Below are positions 12,398 to 21,687 of a DNA stretch of 33,745 nucleotides, in pieces. Each line of letters starts with the position of its first letter. The first letter of the stretch is position 1. Position numbers and translations under genes: made by a program. The DNA lies in contig NC_068988.1 in NCBI RefSeq assembly GCF_001194135.2, forward strand, positions 67,857,247 through 67,890,991, written 5' to 3'. The notes beneath the pieces were generated by a model that saw nothing but the letters and a program-made list of their open reading frames with translations, was not told where the DNA came from and made no database searches. This DNA is from Octopus bimaculoides (lineage: Eukaryota).

Positions 12398-13671
12398 CAG
12401 GGGTTGGACAAAATAAGGGAAACACCTAGCATCACAGCATCATAATTTTGAAATATCTATAACACCGTCAAAAGCTTGTTTTTTTTAATGTTTTTTTTTT
12501 ATTTACTATTAATGTTGCATAATATGTTTTGCTAAAATTGGTGTTTCTTTTCAGATAACATCAGAAAAAGGTATTTAAAATTCATTGAAATGACAGATCT
12601 ATCGGACTTTCAAAGAGGTCAAATTGTTAGTGTTCGTATGGCAGGCGTTAGCGTAACGAAAGCAGCCGAAATTATTGGTGTATCAAGAAGTACTCTCTCC
12701 GAAGTAATGACAGCCTTTGCGAAAGGGAAAAACCTCGTCGAAACAAAATTCCGGAAGAAAACCAAAACTTTCAGATAAGGACTGTCGGACACTTTAGCGA
12801 ATTGTTAGAAAGGATCACAAAAGTACAGATCCCAAAATTACTGCAGAGCTTAGTGACAACCTCGAGAACCCAGTTTCCACAAAAACTGTTCGCTGGGAGC
12901 TGCACAAAGCCGGATTTCACGGGAGGACAGTAATCAGAAAACAACTACTTTTAAAAACAAACGTTGCAAAGCGTTTAGAATAGAGTAAAAACCTACAGAA
13001 TTTGGTGCCTAGAAAAATGGAAAAATGTTATTATCTCGAACTAGTCATCCTTTACCTTATTTCCAACCACCGGCCGAGTATACGTGTGGTGCCAGCCAAA
13101 CGAAACATTTGACCCAGATTGCTTTCTTCCAACTCTTAAGCATGAAGGATGATTTCTGATGATCTGGGGATCTACATCTTGGAAACCTGCCGGCCCAATG
13201 GTTTTCCTTCATGGCAGAATTAATAATGAAGGCTATTTAAGCATTTTATCCAATCAAATTCATCCTATGATTGCGGAACTGCTTCCGGGGAGAAACACAG
13301 TCTTTTAGGATGACAATGCACCAATTCACAGCTAAAGTTGATACTGAATGGCACAAGGGACATTCTATTGAAGTTGAACATATTATCTGCCCTCCACAGT
13401 CCCCAGATCTCAATACTATTGAACATTTCTGGTGCATTATAGAGAAAGAAAAGTAAGGAGTTGATATCTTCCACTATCATCACTAAAAGAACTGGAGACT
13501 GTTTTAGATGAAGAATGGACAAAAATTCCTTTGGAAACAATTCAAACGTTGTACGAGTCCATAACTCGTAGAATTCAAGCTGTAATTACTGCCAAAGGCG
13601 GTTCTATCACATATCAAAATAAATGTGTTTGACATTTTAAGGTGCTTCCATAATTTTTTGTCCAACTCCTG
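12398..13671 (+). mobile_element. Complete Tc1-family DNA transposon (1,274 bp), apparent DD36E type
   Basis: Left TIR CAGGGGTTGGACAAAATAAGGGAAACACCT (from 12398) and right TIR AGGTGCTTCCATAATTTTTTGTCCAACTCCTG (to 13671); TA duplications at 12396-12397 and 13672-13673; internal transposase pseudogene. Confidence 0.93.
12590..13617 (+). pseudogene. Tc1-like transposase pseudogene
   Basis: MTDLSDFQRGQIV..SGRKPKLSD..VSTKTVRWELHKAGFHGR..WKNVIISN*SSF (decayed FSDE) ..LMIWGS..DDNAPIH..PPQSPDLNTIEHFW..RRIQAVITAKGG; several stops and frameshifts. Confidence 0.9.
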
Positions 13672-13890
13672 TATGTTTTTGCGAAGTCAATCACCTTATC
13701 AATTCTATGACATTGAAATGTAAATCTAGATTTGAATTTAAATATGTCCTACACGTATATGAACCGATGTAGAAGTTCATCTATTCGATAACACTGCGTA
13801 GTGTGAATACTGTATGGCTTGCTTTAAGTTCTTTATATAAACGTTTTGCTCTTCCTCTTGATACAACTTTGATGCGTAAATATCACTGTG
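13672..13890 (-). mobile_element. Penelope-like RT, N-terminal continuation on the far side of the Tc1 insertion
   Basis: Minus-strand frame RIDKVIDFAKT joins YVDIEDID at 12397 once the Tc1 and one TA are removed; further upstream TLRSVIE*MN resembles the PLE NTxxVIEWF motif. Confidence 0.7.
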
Positions 13891-15345
13891 ATATTTCATG
13901 CCCTGTGGAAAGCATTCAACTTCTTATACAATCCAAATGTAAGCAAAATAGAGTATGAGATAGAACTAAATTGTGGGGTGCCAGAGAATCTTCGGAAAAG
14001 GTAATTTGGATGATGATGCTATGATGCTTACAAGACATCTTCACACGCAAGGTTCTGCTATTCGTTTCTATTTACTTTATTTTCAAGTAGGTTCAAACTG
14101 ATTTAGAATGATTCAATAAACACAGTGTTATAGTGTGTAGAGCGTGAGGTCGTTGGGGATTATTGGAAGTGAATTACAATCCTCTTAATGGAATCGTGTC
14201 TTGAGCTAATGCTATCAGCTATTCCACTTTTAATCTATCTAGCCTCAAATTACAAACCAAGAGAGGCGCTACACAATTGAAAATATCAAAGTGACAAGAA
14301 AATTGCTAGGTGTTTTACATTTATGTGCTAGAGATATTACTTACGAGTCAACTGAGGATGACAGAGATTTCTGCATTACAGATAAAGGACAAAAGTATCC
14401 TGAGAACAAACAAAAAGTTTTCCTGATTTACATCAGTATATTTTCCTTCTATTTTTTCTGTTATCTTTTTTACTCGATTCCAGATAATTGACAATAATCA
14501 AAACAGGTCTCTCAGATTACAACCCTTCTATTTACACTCACGGCGAAAGATTTCAGGCTTAAAAAGTAAGAAATAAGATCAAAATTTTAGATTCGCTTAA
14601 GAATAGTATTTTATGCTTTATGCATTAAGATATACAAGATGATTATACGAGCATCAAAGATTTAACGAGTGGGTGGCACCAGACTAGACTGCTTGAGAAT
14701 AAACGAATTTTCTATGAAATTACAATATCCGGTTTCAAAACGTGAAGGACTCATTATATAATGTGCTTCTAAACCTGCCCCCAGATTATGTTTCTGTGGG
14801 TATTTATGATGGTTAGTTGTCAAAATATTTGTTTTGATTGTGGTAAATTTTGATAATTAATAGTTCAAATATTGTTTCATGTATCTATGTTTACTTTCGT
14901 CTATAGGCATTTAACTAACGTATCTGCATTTGCCTATGCACGTGTATAAAAACATGCTCAGCACTCCTAACTTATATATAATTACACTTTGTGGTTAATA
15001 TTTTCGTTTCTCTCCTTATTGAAACACAAATACGATGCTCTTTAGAACTATTTTAAAGAAATAATTAATCTTACTTTTATAATCTAAGACTTTTCCTAAA
15101 ACATGTTTCATGGGATTATTATTGCTTGATCTAATAATACAAAATCCACGAAAAATAAAATCAGATTCTTGTCTCTAAAATTTAGAGAATACTGAATTTA
15201 TTCAAGAAGCACAAACCTGAATTTAATGTGATTTACATTGGAAAAGATTGAGGATTACATTTTCTTTCTAGATATTTTACATTAATTTCTTTTTATATGG
15301 CTTTTCTTCTTTTTGAAAAAAAAAAAGGTGTGTCTTAAACTAGGA

Positions 15346-15400
15346 TTTTTTTTTGTTCTTTTTTTTGTTCTTTTTTGTTCTTTTTTTGTTCTTTTTTTTT
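15346..15400. repeat. (T6-9GTTC)n low-complexity tandem repeat
   Basis: Four TTTTTTGTTC-like units read directly. Confidence 0.9.
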
Positions 15401-15510
15401 GCAGAGATCAGCAATTTTAATTGTAATTTGGAATTAAAGTAACCTATTTTAGAAGCAAAATGATAGGAAACCTAGAGTATTTCTAAATGTATGTTGTAAT
15501 GTTTGTATAT

Positions 15511-15512
<2 letters not shown>

Positions 15513-15541
<29 letters not shown>
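15513..15541. repeat. (AC)n microsatellite
   Basis: Direct reading. Confidence 0.95.
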
Positions 15542-15545
<4 letters not shown>

Positions 15546-15859
15546 TATACCTATATAATTAAAATAAGACATATATATACGAACACATACATAGAATCAC
15601 TAAATTGCTTTTTAGTGCGGGCAACGATTGGAGAGTACATTGCAAGCCTTAAGTGTCATCCTTATTGGTTAAACAGTTATATTGTAAAGGGAAAGGTATT
15701 AGGAATTGAGACTAACATCTTCGAACTGCAGGAAAATGTTATCGGGTATTCTGCAAAATTCCTGAAAAGAGCTTTTGAGATCTGAGGAGACTTGTTATCA
15801 CCCAAATTCAAGACCACTTCGCTGCTTGTTAAATGCACACATAATAGCATAGCTTTGAA

Positions 15860-15860
<1 letters not shown>

Positions 15861-15919
<59 letters not shown>

Positions 15920-15965
15920 GTGATGATGACGATGACGACGACGACGACGACGATGACGATGATGA
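15861..15965. repeat. (GAT)n/(GAC)n trinucleotide repeat
   Basis: Direct reading; source of the poly-His/poly-Arg ORF at 15677-15994. Confidence 0.95.
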
Positions 15966-16545
15966 AAATAATATTCGTCTTTCGAGAATAGCATCGAATG
16001 TTGAATTTAGAACTTGATACTGCCTGTCATGGTGCAGGTGGCATATATAATATACCAGTAATAACAGAAAACCAATTTTTGATTAATGAAGTGCGGCATT
16101 GTATGATATTGTATAATAGGATATACTCTATAATAGAATATTCTTGTACGAGTTAACTGTATTCAATAAATTACCAGAAAGTAATATATTTGGATACATA
16201 TTCATGCACATTCATAGATGTTCATACCCTATAGTATTAGCAAACGAAGCGAACATTATATGTCACATTTACCAAGGATATTGCTCTATAGTTATATATA
16301 TATTAGAGACAGGAATAGGCATTTATATTCTCATTAATATGTTTAAAACAATAATTCTGTGTAATGCAAATAAGTGAAAAACCAACATAATGTAAATCTT
16401 CTCCGAATATTACGATTGCTTCAACTTTTCATTATAATGTCCGGAATATAATTAAAATAATTGTATTTATAGTTGTTATTAAACGTCAGTAATATTTATC
16501 CATTTGTGCCAAAAATTATAGCTCATCGAAAAGTGGTTATTTGGG

Positions 16546-16552
<7 letters not shown>

Positions 16553-16591
<39 letters not shown>

Positions 16592-16601
16592 NNNNNNNNN
16601 N

Positions 16602-16636
<35 letters not shown>

Positions 16637-16650
16637 TGTGGTGTGTGTGT
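16553..16650. repeat. (GT)n microsatellite containing a 10-bp gap
   Basis: Direct reading. Confidence 0.95.
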
Positions 16651-16864
16651 GGATACTGACGCGGCAATGAAATTATTCCCCTGGCTCTGAATTCTATATT
16701 AGGGTTCAAATTATGTTGTTGGGTTCAACTTGATGTTAATGTAGACATTTGTAAAGTTTTCTCCTCATCCACAATGACAGCTTTATTAGAAGGGATGTAA
16801 AGTTAGCTTCTGATAAAACTACGATAAAACTTGTGACTGAATAATCAGTTTCCTCACATACCTA

Positions 16865-17360
16865 CCCACCACCGTCATCATCATCATTCTAACCATCATC
16901 ATCACCGCCATCGTCACATCGTCGGCACCACTACACAACTTCTGTCATCACTATCATCAGCGTCATAAATACTACGTCATAAACACTACGAATGTCGTCA
17001 CCACTACCATCCCCACCAATACCACTACCATTACCATTACCATAGTCAACAACTCTACGCCATAATTAGCGTCATGGCGACAACCACCGTCACATCGTCG
17101 TCGTCATCATCATCATCATCATCATCATTGTCGTCATCATCACTTCAACCACCGACACCACCACCACCACCACCACCATTACCACCACCACGTGCATTTT
17201 TACTATCACCACCATTTCATTATCTTCATCATGACATTTACCACAATCATCTCCTCCACCACCATCACAACCATGATTGTCACCACACTCCTTTCCGGCC
17301 CTGCCATCAACATTATCCCTATTTCCATCATTATAGCCGCTATTCATTATTATTACAATA
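16865..17360. repeat. Degenerate CAT/CAC/ACC/CGT trinucleotide low-complexity tract
   Basis: About 500 bp of interspersed (CAT)n, (CAC)n and (CGT)n runs; gives low-complexity ORFs in several frames. Confidence 0.9.
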
Positions 17361-17639
17361 TAAACACTAGTCAGTTACTTGTGATTCTAACAGCTGTTCA
17401 TTTATTATCCTTATGTAACATTAATTTCTTGTCTTATTATACTTGTTATTATTCTTGATCATCCAGTCAGCCTTCATCGGTCACTATCAGTATTATTCCA
17501 GACATTAACATATCTTTATACATAGTCACATTTTAATTAATAATTCTGCAGATAAAATAGACCAAGTTTAACAACGCTCTCCGCTTCTATGTTCCATAAA
17601 TCAATATACTATCCTTTATTTTTTTATTTGTTTCGGTAT

Positions 17640-17835
17640 TTACATTGTGGCCATGCTGTGACACCGCTTTGAAGGGTGGTCAAATCGAACTAATCGACCA
17701 CAGTACTTTTCATCTAAGCCTGGTACATATTTTATCGGTTCAGTTCGTCGAACTGCTAAGTCACGGGGGTTGTTAATAGACCAGCATCTATGTGTTGGGA
17801 CAAAGAGACACAACGACACGCACAGACACACATGT
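17640..17835 (-). mobile_element. SINE 3' portion (probably family B)
   Basis: Reverse complement GTGTGTCTGTG..GATGCTGGTC..CCCCGTGACTTAGCAGTTCGACG..ATGTACCAGGCTTAG..GTCGATTAG..AAAGCGGTGTCACAGCATGGCCAC matches an octopus SINE 3' end from memory; not verified by search. Confidence 0.55.
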
Positions 17836-17917
17836 TTCTCTCGGACCCGATATACCATGAATTCTCCCCTCAGTTTTCCGTGTATTTGCACTCTGTGTAA
17901 ATATACTCTGTTAATAT

Positions 17918-18138
17918 GTACGACGACAAGGGTTCTAGTTGACCCAATCGACAAACATAACAGTCTTCTCGTGAAATTAACGTGCATGCAGAGTGACAGA
18001 AACTGTGCCAAGGCTGGCTCATTTGAGATACAGGTACTACTTATTTTTGCCTGCTGAGTGGATTGTAGCAACGTGGAATAGGGACACAACGCCTCACCGA
18101 GAATTGAACTCCCTTACCACTGAGCCACGCGTCTTCAC
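17918..18138 (-). mobile_element. tRNA-derived SINE (family C, CORE-like middle) with 13-bp target-site duplication
   Basis: Head GTGAAGACGCGTGGCTCAGTGG..GAGTTCAATTC; perfect direct repeat ACTCTGTTAATAT at 17905-17917 and 18139-18151; 3' half shared with the SINE at 21074. Confidence 0.85.
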
Positions 18139-18489
18139 ACTCTGTTAATATATAAATATCTATATATTTATATATGAATGTTCATCGTCTGAATATTTTC
18201 AGACTTTGTTTGTCACTATGAATATTGTATATAATTATCCCAAGCAGTTTTACTTGTTTATCTGCATCACTATCTCCATATATACATATATATCTATGTA
18301 TGTATATGATAATACAAATGATATATGAGCATATGCATGTATACATACATATATGTACATACGTACATCTACATGTATATATATATAGATGCATATCCGG
18401 GTACAGGACGTCTAAAAAGGAACGGGAACATAAATAAAACACCAAAAAAAACGGACTTTTTTTTACAGACAACAGAATGAACACATGGG

Positions 18490-18573
18490 AAAACAGATGA
18501 TCCACTTCTGGAACTCTTCTTTCATCAGCTGCCTCTATTCTAAACTAGGCGTTTCAAAGATGAGGCAGAACGC
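18490..18573 (-). other. Hammerhead-like motif set with non-canonical strand order
   Basis: Minus strand reads GCGUU-CUGCCUC-AUCUUU-GAAACGC-(13 nt)-GAGGCAG-CUGAUGA-AAGAAG; see findings. Confidence 0.35.
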
Positions 18574-18682
18574 GCTCTTAGAGAGAGAGAGACAACTCAA
18601 CGGACGGATGGCATCATCCATGGTCAGCCATGACCGACGGACGTGTAAGGGATATATATATATATATATATGATTCCAAAAT

Positions 18683-18746
18683 TGGAAGGTTGCTTCACAA
18701 CCTTCCTAATCACACAAATATGTCTGCGCCTATCATCAGCCATGAC
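18683..18746 (-). ncRNA. Type I hammerhead ribozyme-like motif with an A13G core substitution, possibly inactive
   Basis: Minus strand GUCAUGG-CUGAUGA-UAG GCGCAGA caua UUUGUGU ga UUA-G(G)AA-GGUUG ugaag CAACC-UU-CCA: core, stem II, 6-bp stem III, NUH triplet (CUU) and 3-bp stem I all in register. Confidence 0.6.
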
Positions 18747-19283
18747 AGTAGTTCGTTTTTCTAAGACTTTAGATATGTTAAAAGGGAAATTAGATGATAA
18801 TTCTCTGGGGACCTCGCAGTTTGTCTGTCGTTACGTCCTACGTTATATTTATTTTATTTATTATTACCAAGGTCACCTTCTGTGTTAAGTAGCGAATAAT
18901 ATTTCGATTTGAACCTAGTTTTGTCATTTGTTTTCTATATTTATCTCCGGTTGATATGTACATTCAAAATATCGATATCAAGAAATCGATGAAGCAGTAA
19001 AATGCTCAAGATTTTCGGTAACTTCCTTTCCAATAAGAAGTTCACACAACGCTATTAGAAGTTCTATGTGAATGTGCGTGCGTGCGCGCGCGCGCGCGTG
19101 TGTCTGTGTGTACGCGTATGTGCGTGCATGTGAGCGTGAGTATTTACATGCTTGTGTTTGTGTGCATGTGTTGGATCATATTGAATACATTTGCAATGAA
19201 TTTTATGCCGTAATATGAAAAATGGTAATTAAGTTTAAATTGGTTCTTTAGAGAAACATTCTCTATATTTATGCATCTATATA

Positions 19284-19327
<44 letters not shown>

Positions 19328-19769
19328 NNNNNNNNNNNNNNNNNNNNNNNNNNNNNNNNNNNNNNNNNNNNNNNNNNNNNNNNNNNNNNNNNNNNNNNNN
19401 NNNNNNNNNNNNNNNNNNNNNNNNNNNNNNNNNNNNNNNNNNNNNNNNNNNNNNNNNNNNNNNNNNNNNNNNNNNNNNNNNNNNNNNNNNNNNNNNNNNN
19501 NNNNNNNNNNNNNNNNNNNNNNNNNNNNNNNNNNNNNNNNNNNNNNNNNNNNNNNNNNNNNNNNNNNNNNNNNNNNNNNNNNNNNNNNNNNNNNNNNNNN
19601 NNNNNNNNNNNNNNNNNNNNNNNNNNNNNNNNNNNNNNNNNNNNNNNNNNNNNNNNNNNNNNNNNNNNNNNNNNNNNNNNNNNNNNNNNNNNNNNNNNNN
19701 NNNNNNNNNNNNNNNNNNNNNNNNNNNNNNNNNNNNNNNNNNNNNNNNNNNNNNNNNNNNNNNNNNNNN

Positions 19770-19876
19770 AATAGGACATCTACTCGCTAGAAATAGCAGC
19801 AAAAATACTACATACCACAAAACTTTTGTGGTATGTAGTATTTTTGCTGCTATTTCTAGCGAGTAGATGTCCTATT
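19770..19876. repeat. Perfect inverted repeat, 53-bp arms with 1-nt spacer
   Basis: 19770-19822 is the exact reverse complement of 19824-19876; the ORF track shows MWYVVFLLLFLASRCPI on both strands. Confidence 0.97.
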
Positions 19877-19930
19877 ATAGGCGTCTCTGCATTTCTAATG
19901 TATATATATATATATATATATACATGTATA

Positions 19931-19967
<37 letters not shown>

Positions 19968-21073
19968 TGACATATTCATACGATTATATTTTTATATGTT
20001 TATCCATATACAAATGTGTGTATGAGTGTACGTGCGTGTATGTACGACGTTGCTATGAACATTCGTATTTGAATATACGTGTCTAGGAAGGGGTATATTA
20101 ATAGGAAATAGAAAGTTGTATCTCGCCTTTTTTTATTATTATCAAGATACAGAACAATAATTATTGATGTAATTGTAATTTGAAAACCTATCCATTGTTG
20201 CGGCATCTTCTGAGAGAATTGGATTTCTAAAATTTGTAGGTCTCATGTATCACGTCGGATATCAATTCTTACATTCATAAGCAAACAAGAGAATTTCTCG
20301 AAAATTATTTATATGTTGTGTAGATTGTCTCATTTAGATTTTGGAACATAAAGGCGTTGAAATTGTTTTCGTAATGTACCTGCTCACTTGAATGATACTT
20401 GGCTAATTTCTTATATTTCTATTATCTTTTGCTAATACAATATGCTTCATGTACGTTAACAGAGTAGTTGTGTAATATCGATCAGGATTTGACTAATTAA
20501 GTTCCACCGTGAAAGGTTATAGAAACAACGGAAACAAAGATGAATGCATTCTATTTTGATGCATGTAAGTAAATGTAAGTTTTTTGATTGGAGCCCAAAT
20601 TGAATAATAAGGTCAGTACCATAGCAATACAGAGTTTAAATCTAATTACAATGTCCACAGAATAGATGTACATATGCTGAAAACAACGTATAATGGGTAC
20701 ATGGTTGAAAATAATGCTTTCACGTCCGCGCATTGAGAGTATTATCATAAATCTAATTGAGACTGACATCGAAGATGTATTAAAACAAGGTTTTCCATTA
20801 TTGTTTTAACACATAGATATGCACATACTCATATTATACGTAATATCTGATAGTAAATAAGAAACATTTTGCAGAAAATGTGTCTAAAAATTCGTTGTGC
20901 GGTTTATAACCGACTCTGAGTAAGGTCAAGTATATGCGTTAAACCGTTGACTAAATTTAACAAAAACGCTCACAACCGTGACTGAATGTGATTGATTCTA
21001 CTCAGCCCGACTCGAAAATAAAATTATTTACTTAAAAATAAATAATATTATTTCCTGGTGTTATCGTTAATAT

Positions 21074-21455
21074 GGAGGCGCAATGGCCCAGTGGTTAGAA
21101 CAGCAGACTCGCGGTCATAAGATCGCGGTTTCGATTCCCAGACCGAGCATTGTGAGTGTTTATTGAGCGAAAACACCTAAAGCTCTACGAGGCTCTGGGA
21201 GGGGCTGGTGGCGAACCCTGCTGTACTCTTTCACCACAACTTTCTCTCACTCTTACTTCCTGTTTCTGTTGTGCCTGTAATTCAAAGGGTCAGCCTTGTC
21301 ACACCGTGTCACGCTGAATATCCCCGAGAACTATGTTAAGGGTGCACGTGTCTGTGGAGTGCTCAGCCACGTGCAAGTTAATTTCACGAGCAGGCTGTTC
21401 CGTTGATTGGATCAACTGAAACCCCTGACGTCGTAAGCGACGGAATGCCAACAAC
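21074..21455 (+). mobile_element. Full-length tRNA-derived SINE (family D) with 11-bp target-site duplication
   Basis: Head GGAGGCGCAATGGCCCAGTGGTTAG (A box) ..GGTTTCGATTCC (B box); flanked by ATCGTTAATAT (21063-21073) and ATCATTAATAT (21456-21466); short ACA tail. Confidence 0.88.
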
Positions 21456-21478
21456 ATCATTAATATAACTATAAAAAC

Positions 21479-21642
21479 ACGTAGCTGACAGAATCGTAGG
21501 CAAGCATCGCCGAGTTCGATTTTACCTTTCACACTTTTTCGGCAAATAAAATAAGTATCGTATAAAGAATGGCATCGATGTAATCGACTTCTCCCTTCCC
21601 TCAGCAACTGATAGCAATGATCCAAAATTTGAAGCCATTATT
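21479..21642 (+). mobile_element. SINE family A, internally deleted
   Basis: GTAGCTGACAGAATCGTAG..CGCCGAGTTCGATTTTACCTTTCAC..ATAAAATAAGTA..TCGATGTAATCGACTT..CCAAAATTTGAAGCCATTATT. Confidence 0.65.
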
Positions 21643-21687
21643 AATATGACTATTAATAATAGTAATATTGATAGTAGTATTATTATT

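Noticed and set aside
13156-13190. CTGATGA..GAAA inside the Tc1 transposase (a similar CTGATGA lies near 32154 in the mariner)
   Set aside because: No stem II, III or I pairing in register; lies within transposase coding sequence.
14291-14491. 66-aa ORF with DITYESTEDDRDFCITDKGQK
   Set aside because: TTG/GTG-type start, weak splice context, no homology recognised.
15677-17458. Poly-His, poly-Pro and poly-Ser ORFs
   Set aside because: Produced by (GAT)n and degenerate CAT/CAC repeats, open in several frames on both strands, with no recognisable domain.
21074-21150. tRNA-like sequence
   Set aside because: Has A and B boxes but no complete cloverleaf, and continues into a SINE body with a TSD; it is a SINE head, not a tRNA gene.
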